The notes under the pieces: generated by a model
What the model was told of the DNA's origin: nothing
The model's input: only the letters and a program-made list of their open reading frames with translations
The model's database searches: none
Made by a program: the position numbers and the translations under genes
IMG/VR virus record: IMGVR_UViG_3300010401_000007
Location: 2,694 to 66,693 of that record
Strand: one strand, 5' to 3'
Length of the DNA: 64,000 nucleotides
From: a virus
In this document: in pieces, positions 9,426 through 19,124 of the stretch
Position numbering within the stretch: position 1 is the first letter of the stretch
How the letters are laid out: every line of letters begins with the position of its first letter

Positions 9426-9808
9426 TGGAGTCCCAAGGATGGTCCTCTGGTATCACGTCTACCTCCCGAACCTCGTGTCCTACATCCTCTTTCGAGTCAC
9501 CGGTTACTGAGGTATCTACCGTGCGTACCGCCCCCGCCCGTGGCATCTGCCGATGGTCTAAGGATGCCGCTAACGGTAACCGGTGTCTCGTGATCAACGA
9601 GGTGTTGTACGAAGTGGTCGAGATCGAGAGCGGATACGAGCTACTGAGGATGGATGAGCGGAACGACCGTGTTATCCGCTACACGGTCACTCCCCTGAAT
9701 AACGATTACTGGACCTGTACCTGTCCTGACGCTAAGTACAAGCGGGGCGGTCATAGCTGCAAACACGCTATGGGACTTCGTGCCGGACTCCGTGCATTAC
9801 CCTTCTGA
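9425..9808 (+). CDS. SWIM zinc-finger protein (start uncertain)
   Basis: WTCTCPD...CKH. Confidence 0.8.
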   Translation: MESQGWSSGITSTSRTSCPTSSFESPVTEVSTVRTAPARGICRWSKDAANGNRCLVINEVLYEVVEIESGYELLRMDERNDRVIRYTVTPLNNDYWTCTCPDAKYKRGGHSCKHAMGLRAGLRALPF

Positions 9809-9823
9809 GAAAGAGGACTAACC

Positions 9824-10033
9824 ATGAAACAGTCTGAGATTCGAGTCGGCGGGGTGTACAAGGCGAAGGTGTCGAATAACATCGTATCCGTCCGAGTTAC
9901 GGGTATCGATGAGAGGGAGAACTACGGTACTCGAAGTAGTCGTAAGATCAAGATCTATCGATGTACCAATCTCTCAACCGGTCGAGAAATAACCATCAAG
10001 TCATCTACCCGATTCCGCTCTGAGGTGAAGTAA
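9824..10033 (+). CDS. Small basic beta-rich hypothetical protein
   Basis: SD AAGAGGA supplied by a motif copy. Confidence 0.7.
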   Translation: MKQSEIRVGGVYKAKVSNNIVSVRVTGIDERENYGTRSSRKIKIYRCTNLSTGREITIKSSTRFRSEVK

Positions 10034-10197
10034 CCATGTACCGACTCGTTATCACCCAATCCCACAGCGGGTGGGTATGGGAAATCCGACTGGATGGGGC
10101 GTTCATCACTGGTGGGGCTTGCTACACCCGTGAGGAGTGTGAACGAGTCGGGCAATCCATGATTACTCGGTTACGGTGGAACTGACTAGGAGTCACT

Positions 10198-10419
10198 ATG
10201 AAGAAGTTGAAGAGTCACCACGTACAGGAGTTTCAGATAATACTCAGGGTCTTCACCGACCCTACAACAGAGTCCTACCCGAAGAGGGGTATTACTACTG
10301 CCGGTATGAAGAGAATACTAAAGGATGCGATCAATAACCGAGTGAGTGAATGTATCGATCGCATTGAGTTTGAACATGTAGCGGATGTCAATATAGCGGA
10401 TGTGTCAGAAGACGAGTAG
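10198..10419 (+). CDS. Hypothetical protein
   Basis: GGAG SD upstream. Confidence 0.6.
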   Translation: MKKLKSHHVQEFQIILRVFTDPTTESYPKRGITTAGMKRILKDAINNRVSECIDRIEFEHVADVNIADVSEDE

Positions 10420-10660
10420 TTACCTAACCCTCTCTCGGAGTCCCCACATGTACCACAAATCCCTCAAGCTGGCCAACCTATTTTACCGCTGGTGCAACCT
10501 ACTCCATGAGGTCGGTTTAACCTACCATGACCCCAACCTGAAGCTAAAGTCGGAACGATACATGAAGGCTGCCGATTACCTCCTAGATCGAGTGTTCCGA
10601 GACACTAAGGAGACTCGGTACGTCCAGTCTCAGGAATCTGTACCGAATCCCGTGTACTGA
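10400..10660 (+). CDS. Hypothetical protein (likely start MYHK)
   Basis: ORF in the plus-strand island. Confidence 0.5.
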   Translation: MCQKTSSYLTLSRSPHMYHKSLKLANLFYRWCNLLHEVGLTYHDPNLKLKSERYMKAADYLLDRVFRDTKETRYVQSQESVPNPVY

Positions 10661-10692
10661 CCTACCTACTATCTGAGAAAGAGGAGTAGTCC

Positions 10693-10962
10693 ATGAAGAT
10701 CAGTGAGATCATCTCCGTCTTAGAACAGGAGATGCGTCGTCTTGGGGATCGAGAGGTACTAGAGGGACAGGTGTTCGGTCCGGCTAAACCGTTCGTCATC
10801 GGCGGTCTTCTCTCTGGGGAACATCTCCCCAAGAGTCCCATACGAGGGGAAGACAAGTTCCACAGGTTCATCTACGGCAATGAGGACAACCTAGAGGTAT
10901 ATGGGGAGAATTACGCTATTCTCTACCTCCGTCCTATTGTCGCCCTAGATCACCTCGTATAA
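10693..10962 (+). CDS. Hypothetical protein
   Basis: GAGGAG SD supplied by a motif copy. Confidence 0.65.
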   Translation: MKISEIISVLEQEMRRLGDREVLEGQVFGPAKPFVIGGLLSGEHLPKSPIRGEDKFHRFIYGNEDNLEVYGENYAILYLRPIVALDHLV

Positions 10963-11026
10963 TACCCCCGCTCGCAACCCTCTCACTTCGGGAGGGTGTC
11001 TCTTTCCCCAGTCTCGGAGATGGATC

Positions 11027-12598
11027 ATGCCTCGTCTTGAAGATGCTACCGCTGCTAAGGATCAGGTTCAGTCGAACGGTACTCCTGACAGTGCTACGGA
11101 CACCCCCCCTGTGAAGGAGGACAAGAAGTCTCCTCGTCCCCGTCCCACCAAGGACAAAGAACCGGAACCCACCCTTCTCTATCCCGATGTGGAGTTCCAC
11201 AAGTTCACCGGTCCCGATGCGATGAAGGTGGACACGGCTAAGCAGTACCTCGGGTGGCAGACCGAGGACGAATACAAGGCTGAGAAGGAGAAAGACCCGA
11301 AGGTGAAGAAGACGGATGACGGCAAACCCATCGTGCCCGGGTTCAATGAGGACTACTTCACCAAGGACTACTTCGACGTGAAGGTCCGGTGTCCATTCAA
11401 CACGAAAAACCGACCCTTCGAACGATCTCACGCCCTTAGTCTAGCTCAGTCGATCCTCAACTCTGGTCCAGGTCTCCCTCTGGAGAAGCGAGACTGGCAC
11501 TATAACGGTGAGGACATCCTGATCGGGGCATATGGTCAGTGTCTCAGCGGTCAGCATCGACTCATCGCCCTCATCCTCGCGTACCAGATGTGGGTAGACG
11601 ACCAGAAGAACAACGGGGGGAAGAAGTACGGTAAGTCATGGCCGACTCAACCGGTCCTCGAAACTGGGGTCAAGACCGGTATCAGTGAGGAACCCTACGT
11701 TCTCCGGACCTTCGATAACACGAAGCCGACCACCCTCAGTGATGTCCTCTATCGTGACCCCGCGTTCAAGAAGGAACTCCCCGGGGCGAAACGGGAACTG
11801 TCTGGGATGCTGGCCAAGGCGGTCAACTTCTTGTGGGAACGGACTGGGGCGTCCCAACTGACGGACTACCAGACTCACGGCGAGTCGGTGGAGTTCCTCG
11901 GTCGTCACCCCAAGCTGTATGACTTCGTCAAGAATCTGTTCACTCTCGACGGAGGTAATCGCAACGAGAGCGGTACTGGCCGTACTATCACCGGACTGGG
12001 GTTCAGTAACGGTCTCTGTGCCGGTCTCCAGTACCTCATGGCGGCAAGTGCGACTAATCCAGATAAGTACAAGGCTAATCGGTCCCAACGTGCTATCAAC
12101 TGGGAGTTCGAGGATAAGGCGAACGGGTTCTTCATCGACCTGTCCAACAAGAGCAACCTCCGTGAATCGGTCGAGAGTCTGATGAAGGATCTCGATAACG
12201 ACGAACTCAGTGGGACCAAGGCGAACATCTGTCTTCTGGTCGAACACTGGAACCTGTACGTGAAGTGTGCCCCTGATGAGGAAGTCCTCCCCGGAGAGAT
12301 CACTCAAGCCAAGTTCTATGAGGACCACTTCAAAGAGAACAGTAACGGTAAGCTTCGGTTCTACAACCCTTCTGATGTCGGAGGTATCGACATCGGGGAT
12401 AAGCAAGAACCTACTGAGGAGGACAAGGCAAAGGACGAGGAGGCTAAGAAGAAGGTCGATGCCGACCGTAACAAGAAGATGGATAAGGTAATCGATACTG
12501 TCCAGAAGACGGGGTCAAAGACTATCGGTGAGGAAGCTGCTGTTGAAGCTGCCAAGATCCGTGCCCGTCAGGAAGCACGGGCTGCTAGTAAGAAGTAG
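11027..12598 (+). CDS. ParB/DGQHR-like domain protein with charged termini
   Basis: NTKNRP...WHYNGEDI...GQCLSGQHRLIAL...TFD..KP.TLSDVL; codon choice looks like a highly expressed gene. Confidence 0.7.
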   Translation: MPRLEDATAAKDQVQSNGTPDSATDTPPVKEDKKSPRPRPTKDKEPEPTLLYPDVEFHKFTGPDAMKVDTAKQYLGWQTEDEYKAEKEKDPKVKKTDDGKPIVPGFNEDYFTKDYFDVKVRCPFNTKNRPFERSHALSLAQSILNSGPGLPLEKRDWHYNGEDILIGAYGQCLSGQHRLIALILAYQMWVDDQKNNGGKKYGKSWPTQPVLETGVKTGISEEPYVLRTFDNTKPTTLSDVLYRDPAFKKELPGAKRELSGMLAKAVNFLWERTGASQLTDYQTHGESVEFLGRHPKLYDFVKNLFTLDGGNRNESGTGRTITGLGFSNGLCAGLQYLMAASATNPDKYKANRSQRAINWEFEDKANGFFIDLSNKSNLRESVESLMKDLDNDELSGTKANICLLVEHWNLYVKCAPDEEVLPGEITQAKFYEDHFKENSNGKLRFYNPSDVGGIDIGDKQEPTEEDKAKDEEAKKKVDADRNKKMDKVIDTVQKTGSKTIGEEAAVEAAKIRARQEARAASKK

Positions 12599-12614
12599 TC
12601 GAGTTATCAGTCTC

Positions 12615-12645
12615 AGGGGGTGGTAACGTGCTACCCCCTTCTTCT
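12615..12645 (+). terminator. Intrinsic terminator-like hairpin
   Basis: AGGGGGTGGTA/TGCTACCCCCT followed by a pyrimidine run that merges into a motif copy. Confidence 0.55.
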
Positions 12646-12667
12646 CTGAGAGAAAGAGAGGTATATC

Positions 12668-12916
12668 ATGCGAGTGGAAACAATTACGGATCTACCGAAC
12701 GATACCGAGATCCTACTGTGTTGTACCATCTGTGGGTATACATCTTACTTTGACCCTAGAACCCCTACTCACTGTGACGGATGCTCTCGACAGTTACTAG
12801 AAGCCAAACAGTGTATTGGTCTAGGTGGGAAATGTCCTCTATGCGATAGAGTGTCCGGAGTCGAATACCCTCTCGAAGTTGATAAGAAGTGGTCATCCCT
12901 ACTGGAGAACAAGTAA
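12668..12916 (+). CDS. Cys-rich zinc-ribbon protein
   Basis: Three CxxC pairs; SD GAGG. Confidence 0.6.
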   Translation: MRVETITDLPNDTEILLCCTICGYTSYFDPRTPTHCDGCSRQLLEAKQCIGLGGKCPLCDRVSGVEYPLEVDKKWSSLLENK

Positions 12917-13134
12917 TCATGTCTAACGTCTTCCACTCGTCCACCCCCCGACCCCTCCGCACCTCCCTCAACGGGGTGTATCACGAGGATGAACCTGTGA
13001 AGGAGAAACCCCGTGTTGTCCGTACCCGGCTCGCTGAGTACGACGGAGGGTTGATCCAATTGGATAGGTTCCTTAGAGGGGGTGCCGTTCGTCTCGTCCG
13101 TACTGGTAAGAAACAGATGGTGGAGTTCGTGTAA
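12889..13134 (+). CDS. Hypothetical protein (likely start MSNV)
   Basis: Coupled to the next gene by a TAATG overlap. Confidence 0.55.
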   Translation: MVIPTGEQVIMSNVFHSSTPRPLRTSLNGVYHEDEPVKEKPRVVRTRLAEYDGGLIQLDRFLRGGAVRLVRTGKKQMVEFV

Positions 13135-13484
13135 TGGCTCGTCCTAAGAGTCGTAAAGCAACCGGCTATCTCCCGTCCCCTAATGATGCTGGGATTCGTC
13201 CCTGTCCATTCGATCGGGACGAGTTCCACAAGCGGGCGAGACAAGTTAAGGTGACTCTGGAGTATGCCGGTCAGACGATCGAGTTGTTCCTAGTCCCTGA
13301 CGACTTCAAGACGGGGTCATACGGGTTCAGGAATCAGGGTCATGACCAGAAGGTGCAGTTCGACATGGACGGTGCCCCAGCGATCTTCCAGTGCAACCTA
13401 TTACTGACTCTGGTAGGTAGTGGGAAGATGGATGCTTGGGTTGAGTGGGATCGACAGAAGAGAGAACAGGAGGATAAAGCGTAA
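13134..13484 (+). CDS. Hypothetical protein
   Basis: Last ORF of the plus-strand island; FKTGSYGF motif. Confidence 0.65.
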   Translation: MARPKSRKATGYLPSPNDAGIRPCPFDRDEFHKRARQVKVTLEYAGQTIELFLVPDDFKTGSYGFRNQGHDQKVQFDMDGAPAIFQCNLLLTLVGSGKMDAWVEWDRQKREQEDKA

Positions 13485-13485
13485 A

Positions 13486-13712
13486 CACCAATAGGGCCAC
13501 ACATCCCTATTGGTGAGATCGAATCACACTCCTTTCTACGAACCAGTCCCCTTCATACTCCCCTGATAGTAGGGGAGTTCCCATTTATACTAACCCGAGA
13601 TAGGGTATCTACCCATCGCCCCTCATCCAGTCGATTGACACAGTCTACTGATCCCCTAGACTAGACTGCTCGACTGGTGGACCGCACGCCTCTCCCTCGT
13701 GCGTCTCGGGTG
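13486..13712. other. Highly structured convergent intergenic region (terminators and a possible ncRNA)
   Basis: CACCAATAGGG/CCCTATTGGTG; ACTCCCCT/AGGGGAGT; ACCCGAGA/TCTCGGGT enclosing CCAGTCGA/TCGACTGG and CGCACG/CGTGCG. Confidence 0.55.
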
Positions 13713-13727
13713 TACCTGTAGATACGA

Positions 13728-14249
13728 TTATCGACGGAAGATCCTACGTCGAGAGACAGAGGTAGAGGTAGCTGGGGTACACTGGCCGTTAGCACACGTC
13801 CCTTGTAGAGTTGTCACCCCCGTTATCGGGTCAGTCGAGTACAGTAGTTGCTGGTAGCTCGGTTGAACAGGGGTAGTGAACGTAGTACCCGCCGGATAGC
13901 ACACCCCGTTCACACAGACCGTACCTGTCGAGGTGGTAGTCGTAGTCTGGGGGGAGAACGTCACCTTGGGTTGAGTGTCCTCATCGGCATAGATCCATGT
14001 CCTATTCGGACCGGGCTTGATTAACCGACCCGAGAGACACTTGATCACACCGGGAGCTAGAGGAGCTTCCACCTTGGGGGCGGTATAATTCGGATCTGCG
14101 GTGTGTTCGTTACAGTTCTTGCACTTACAAGACCCTGTAACAACACACCCACAGTTACAACCGTCGATCTTCTTACCGTCTTCGGCATAGGTGCTAGAGG
14201 CGTAAAACAGAATTGCACAGAGACTTAGTAATCGGGTCCAGTCTTTCAT
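13728..14249 (-). CDS. Secreted Cys-rich low-complexity protein
   Basis: Signal peptide MKDWTRLLSLCAILFYASSTYA; CNCGC..CKCKNC and CxNGxC motifs; AGGAG SD. Confidence 0.7.
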   Translation of the reverse strand: MKDWTRLLSLCAILFYASSTYAEDGKKIDGCNCGCVVTGSCKCKNCNEHTADPNYTAPKVEAPLAPGVIKCLSGRLIKPGPNRTWIYADEDTQPKVTFSPQTTTTTSTGTVCVNGVCYPAGTTFTTPVQPSYQQLLYSTDPITGVTTLQGTCANGQCTPATSTSVSRRRIFRR

Positions 14250-14271
14250 GGTTACTCCTTGAAGGTTAGAA

Positions 14272-14523
14272 CTAGCTGTTAAGATCCTTCGGCCACATAC
14301 AGTGAGAGGTTTCTGGGCATGTCTCGTCAGGTTGGATGAGGATGACTCCGGCACGGTAATAGGTCCGGCCGCAGTTGAACACCGTGATATCAACTGTCTT
14401 ACCCTCATCCCTCACGTTCTCGACAATGGCAGCGAACGGTTTATCATTGTCCTTGTCGAAGATGAGGTAGTCATCTGATCGAGCATGGTAGTGAAGACAG
14501 TCGGATACGTTAGGTTTGATCAT
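14272..14523 (-). CDS. Small conserved phage protein, paralog of 34598-34954
   Basis: P.V...HY...AAI...V....V.(I/L).VF pattern shared with the paralog. Confidence 0.65.
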   Translation of the reverse strand: MIKPNVSDCLHYHARSDDYLIFDKDNDKPFAAIVENVRDEGKTVDITVFNCGRTYYRAGVILIQPDETCPETSHCMWPKDLNS

Positions 14524-14548
14524 AGAAGTGGTGGGGTCAGGTGTGGGG

Positions 14549-14884
14549 TTACTTTCCTAACTGGTACATCATTGTCCAGTAGTCATCTATTTTAATGTAC
14601 TCTGTCACCTTGTACTCGGGCATCATCTCGGTGTAGTGCTGCCAGTTCATAGGACAGGTCCATACCTTATAGATCTTCACCGGTTGAGGGTCGGTCCAAC
14701 TATTCGGCCTGTATACGATGTCATAGACCACCATGAATCCAGACGGTAATCCTGAGTAGTCGAATGTCCCCCAGTAGGTTCCTACAGGGTAGATATCGGG
14801 TCTAGGTGATGGGACTGAGAGTCGAGGATCGAGATGACTCGGTACAGGGGCGAGACACAGTAGTAGAGCGAGTAGGTAGGTCAT
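14549..14884 (-). CDS. Secreted hypothetical protein
   Basis: MTYLLALLLCLAPVP signal peptide. Confidence 0.6.
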   Translation of the reverse strand: MTYLLALLLCLAPVPSHLDPRLSVPSPRPDIYPVGTYWGTFDYSGLPSGFMVVYDIVYRPNSWTDPQPVKIYKVWTCPMNWQHYTEMMPEYKVTEYIKIDDYWTMMYQLGK

Positions 14885-16554
14885 TAGGGGGATACCCCCA
14901 GAGAGTTGAGTACCGTCTGAATCGGGGAGAATATCCCTGTTACCGTACTACCTGCGAATACCTGACCTACCCAATCCCCATTCAGATCGACCACCAGTGA
15001 CCCACTGTCACCGGGGATGATCCAGCTAACCCCTGACTCAGCCGATGCAACTAGTACCTGATTGGTGTAGGTCAGGTTCCTCCCCTCATCGTTTACCTGT
15101 ACCGTCTGATTCACAGCTATAACGATACCCCGTGCCGTCCCCCAGAACCCGAACTTATAGATGATATCCCCTGGATGAACCGTGGCGGTTACGGGGTTGG
15201 TACGAATCGTCTTGAGATCGGTGTCATCCCCAGCGTTCGTATACCCATAGTTGAAGTTGACCTGAGACTGTGAGTTCAGAGTGATGAGTGAGGAGTCATT
15301 GAGTTGATATCCGACTGGGGTGAACGACTTCACCGTACCGAACGCTACCCCTCCCTTGAAATAGGGTCCGGGCTGAGTGATGACAGTCCCGATTGCTGCA
15401 TTACCCTGTACATCGGCTACGACGTGACGATTACTGAGTCCGGCGAATGTACCGTCTGGGAGTTGCACGTACCCTGTGAGAGTCCCCGTACCTCCTGACT
15501 GGTTACCGATCGCGGATGCACCGACAGGGGATGTCTGAGGCGATCCGAGGAGGGTACTGGCGTCATAGGTCTGATATCCCCCGTCTGGGTTGGTCCCGAG
15601 CAATCCACCCGTCTTGGAGTATCGTGCTAATCCATCTAACTGATGTACCGTCCCGACCCATGAACTATTCTCTGAGAGAGAGGGGGTAGTAGTGGTAGAA
15701 GGGTCGAGAGAACGGGTACTAACTACCCTCCCCCCATTTTGGGAGAATAGAACATTCGTATCCAGTTCCAGTAACCGGTTATCCGATGTCGTCACCTCCA
15801 CATATGGAACTAACTGTTGTGTCTCATACCCCACCCCGATCGACACTGCGTCAGGAACCCCGACCGTAGATCCCTCCTGTAATCCGTTGGGGGAGAATAC
15901 CCTCACCTTACCATCCGATAGTACCGCTACCGACTCCTCCAGAGTCCCGTAGAAGTCCCCTACTGCAACCTGACCCCCCGTCCTGGAATTAGGGTCTCCC
16001 CCGAAGAAGGAGTTCACCGAGTTACCGTGCATATCGAACACACGGACGTTACTACTACCTCCTACTCCGGCACAGGTGTAGACGAGATGATCGATCGGGT
16101 CGATAGCGACATTCAACCCACCTCGGAACTCACTGTCATAGGCGAAGAAGTTGGCTAGGAGACTCATATTCGATCCGTCGAAGATCTCACATCGAGGACC
16201 GCCCCCGTTCTGAGTCCCGATCACGATGTCAGGTATACCGTCCCCTGTTACGTCCCCAGTAGCGATATTGAGTCCGTCTCGATACGTACTCTCTAGGACG
16301 AACTGATCGAAGGTGGGTTGAGGGACACCATTCTGAAATGGGGCGATCTGGAGTCGAGGTCCACCTCCCCTACCCCCGACTGCATATACCGTGTACTGGC
16401 CGAGTACCGAGGTCTCCTCTAGGGATGCATGGACTGACCCTGTATACCCTGCGAACGGTTGATAGGCGACTTGGTCATTCTCGACAGAACCGTTTATGAC
16501 CGTCACGTAGGCCGGACAATCACGAGACTCAAGTTGTTCGACAGTGAGTTTCAT
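14884..16554 (-). CDS. Planctomycete-type exported protein: LEPR-XLL motif, FG-GAP-like repeats and trypsin-fold serine protease
   Basis: VEQLESRDCPA; ATGDVTGDGIPDIVIGTQNGGGPR; catalytic triad segments LSNRHV, DSSLI, PGDSGSLV. Confidence 0.85.
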   Translation of the reverse strand: MKLTVEQLESRDCPAYVTVINGSVENDQVAYQPFAGYTGSVHASLEETSVLGQYTVYAVGGRGGGPRLQIAPFQNGVPQPTFDQFVLESTYRDGLNIATGDVTGDGIPDIVIGTQNGGGPRCEIFDGSNMSLLANFFAYDSEFRGGLNVAIDPIDHLVYTCAGVGGSSNVRVFDMHGNSVNSFFGGDPNSRTGGQVAVGDFYGTLEESVAVLSDGKVRVFSPNGLQEGSTVGVPDAVSIGVGYETQQLVPYVEVTTSDNRLLELDTNVLFSQNGGRVVSTRSLDPSTTTTPSLSENSSWVGTVHQLDGLARYSKTGGLLGTNPDGGYQTYDASTLLGSPQTSPVGASAIGNQSGGTGTLTGYVQLPDGTFAGLSNRHVVADVQGNAAIGTVITQPGPYFKGGVAFGTVKSFTPVGYQLNDSSLITLNSQSQVNFNYGYTNAGDDTDLKTIRTNPVTATVHPGDIIYKFGFWGTARGIVIAVNQTVQVNDEGRNLTYTNQVLVASAESGVSWIIPGDSGSLVVDLNGDWVGQVFAGSTVTGIFSPIQTVLNSLGVSP

Positions 16555-16682
16555 GGGTGGAATATGAGGTAGGGTGGGGGGTTGTGAATTAGGGAGAAAT
16601 TATCAGACCGGACGGCACACCCTATTCTCTGAGAGAAAGGATATACCCTCCGGTCTGTAGGTAAGGTCTGACTACAGTGGGG

Positions 16683-18476
16683 TCACATCCCCAGATCAGC
16701 GAGTACTTTCATCACAGCAGCGATCAGATCCGGGTTACTACCGATCGCCACAGCATCAGTCAGTAGCTTCTCTGCCGCAGCGAGAACCCCAGTTCGGTTG
16801 GCTACAGCGTCCTTGAGTGCGGCGAGATCGGCCAGGAGAGTCCCGTTACCGTCCTTCCGTACCTCACTGAAGAGGTTGAGAAGGTCCATGACGAGTCCGA
16901 ATGAGAACTGAGTCTTATCCCCCTTCTCGGCAGACTCCTTAGACATGGAGTCTTTCACAGCACGGGCGAGCTTCAAGTCCTCTAGTCGCTGTTCCTTATC
17001 TTTCTCAGAGAACAGTTTGGGGGCTGCCGTATTCGGCGTAGCGGTCCCGGTCAAAGTCACTGTCTTACTCCCCCCGAAGATCCCCCCACTCGGAATCTGA
17101 CCCGTCACCGTGACACTATAGGTCGGATACACCACAACCGGCGGAGGGGGAGGGGCTACACCGACAGTCACAATGGTACTGGCCTTAGCCGTCTCACCTT
17201 TGCTGTCGATCACCACCACAGTGGCCGTATAAGACCCATTCGTTGCGTAGGTGTGACTCGGATCAGTACCCGTCTGACCGTCCCCGTATACCCAGTTATT
17301 CACGAAGGGACTCGTACCGTTCGTAATAGTGGCGTTGAAGGTAACCGAAGTACTAGCCGTAGCGACCATTGTCGGAGGGAGAGTCACAGAGAACGTAGTC
17401 GGGTCGGGGGGAGTAGGTCCGTTACCCGTCGCTTGGCACCACATCGCACCGTAGCCGACCGAGTTAGCACCGTAAGCAGTCCTCATATACCCTTGCTCGC
17501 CCCACGAGGTGTCCCACGAGTTACGGAGAATCCAGTATCCACCCGATCGGATCGACACATCATCAGACCATCCCACGAGGATGATCGCATGATTGATCCC
17601 CGTATACCCCGTTCCAGTGAATACCCCGCTACTGTATGCGGACCATGCGTCATCCACTGCGACGGCACACGCGATAGGGCCATACTGCATCATCGCTGTC
17701 TTGATCGCAGTCGTATCCGCCACACCCTGACTCGATCCCACATACCCGTAGTTAGCGATCTTCCCCGGCATCGAGGACACAGACTTACATCGGGTAACCT
17801 GACCCTGGTAGGGTCCGTAGTCACTGGTGAAGGGGAGACCGGAAGACTTGGCATGAGAGAGAACGGTCTCCGGCCAGTCACCGTCACACCCCCCGTTGGA
17901 GTAGCAAGACAGAGTAAACTGTTCCGACAGGATGAACTGTCCGGACTTACCGTTACCGGCTTTGATGTTAGCCGACTCGACAGCACCCGTCCCCGAGAAG
18001 TCCCAGCAGCTACCGCACTGGGCTTGATTCTTGATGGGGTTTACCCATCCTTGGGTACGACAGTCGAACGAAGCTGGAAGGGGGGTTACAGGACCGGCAC
18101 GAAGGGCGTTAGGGTTCCTCTTGTGAGAGTCGTCAATCCGCTTCTGAAGATCCTTGGGAGGACGACATCCGAGGAAGGACTTAGCAGCTTGTTCGAACGT
18201 CTCATCACTCTTCTCGGCACGGAGACCGAGTTGCTTGTTGAGAGTCACCCGTTCGTGTTCGGCCTTAGCGATTGCGTCATAGACCCGATTCCGCTTGACC
18301 GTGTAGGACTGACCTACCGCTTTCTTCTCCGTGTCCTTGAACCGTGCTTCCTCTGGGGACGGCATCGGTTGAGGGATGTTGTCTTGAGTTGCATTCACGT
18401 ACTTACTGGAGTTGACCCCGAACCCAATGAAGAGTCCGAGGACAACGGCACCGAAACACCGATAGAACATGATCAC
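16683..18476 (-). CDS. Papain-family (C1A) cysteine peptidase with PKD domain and signal peptide
   Basis: LPASFDCR, NQAQCGSCWDF, NHAIILVGW, WILRNSWDTSWGEQGY; PKD WVYGDG..PSHTY. Confidence 0.93.
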   Translation of the reverse strand: MIMFYRCFGAVVLGLFIGFGVNSSKYVNATQDNIPQPMPSPEEARFKDTEKKAVGQSYTVKRNRVYDAIAKAEHERVTLNKQLGLRAEKSDETFEQAAKSFLGCRPPKDLQKRIDDSHKRNPNALRAGPVTPLPASFDCRTQGWVNPIKNQAQCGSCWDFSGTGAVESANIKAGNGKSGQFILSEQFTLSCYSNGGCDGDWPETVLSHAKSSGLPFTSDYGPYQGQVTRCKSVSSMPGKIANYGYVGSSQGVADTTAIKTAMMQYGPIACAVAVDDAWSAYSSGVFTGTGYTGINHAIILVGWSDDVSIRSGGYWILRNSWDTSWGEQGYMRTAYGANSVGYGAMWCQATGNGPTPPDPTTFSVTLPPTMVATASTSVTFNATITNGTSPFVNNWVYGDGQTGTDPSHTYATNGSYTATVVVIDSKGETAKASTIVTVGVAPPPPPVVVYPTYSVTVTGQIPSGGIFGGSKTVTLTGTATPNTAAPKLFSEKDKEQRLEDLKLARAVKDSMSKESAEKGDKTQFSFGLVMDLLNLFSEVRKDGNGTLLADLAALKDAVANRTGVLAAAEKLLTDAVAIGSNPDLIAAVMKVLADLGM

Positions 18477-18683
18477 CGTGGGGTTAGAGAACTGGACGAC
18501 TGGGGCGAACTACTGACCGTGTGGGGTGTCGTTAGGGAGGAGACAGACCGTCCCCGGCTATGGAAGACGATTAGTACCGTCGTCACCTCACCCCACGTAA
18601 GGCGTCCATAGCCGGGGGGTACGAGTCATCAGTCTATTAGACTATCCGACCAGTAGTAGCTTAGAGTAGTACCGATAGGTAGT

Positions 18684-19040
18684 CTAAGACTGACGAGATT
18701 GAGGAGAGGGTGGGTCAGATTTGCGACGGGGGGTATACGGGGCTGGAGGTCCGGTATCAGAGTGTCGTCTATCGAGTACGGTTAGGATTACATCTGTCTT
18801 ATCTCGAATATGGGAGATCTCAGCAACTACTTGCCTCAGTACCTCAGCCGTCTGCTTATCGATATCGTCCCTAGACTGTAACCGCCTCTCATACTCCTCT
18901 CTCATACTCTTACGTTCCTCTCGGATATCTGGGTAGACCACTCGAATAACCCAGATACCGAGAGCGATGAGAACTAGAAAACTACCTCCCTGTGCCGTTG
19001 CTTGAACCATCTGTATGAGTTGCGTATCGGACGGACTCAT
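18684..19040 (-). CDS. Holin-like single-TM coiled-coil protein
   Basis: TM segment GSFLVLIALGIWVI followed by a charged coiled coil (BhlA-like layout). Confidence 0.5.
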   Translation of the reverse strand: MSPSDTQLIQMVQATAQGGSFLVLIALGIWVIRVVYPDIREERKSMREEYERRLQSRDDIDKQTAEVLRQVVAEISHIRDKTDVILTVLDRRHSDTGPPAPYTPRRKSDPPSPQSRQS

Positions 19041-19124
19041 AACTCAGTGACCACCAAGACTGTAGAGGTAGTGATATACTAATAGTCGTGTTTCAGTCAG
19101 AGCATAGTAAGGACTGGTTAGTTA

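Noticed and set aside
17253-18611. 452-aa plus-strand ORF, and similar long antisense ORFs such as 11636-12406 and 41229-41741
   Set aside because: They are shadows of strongly codon-biased genes on the opposite strand and show no recognisable motifs
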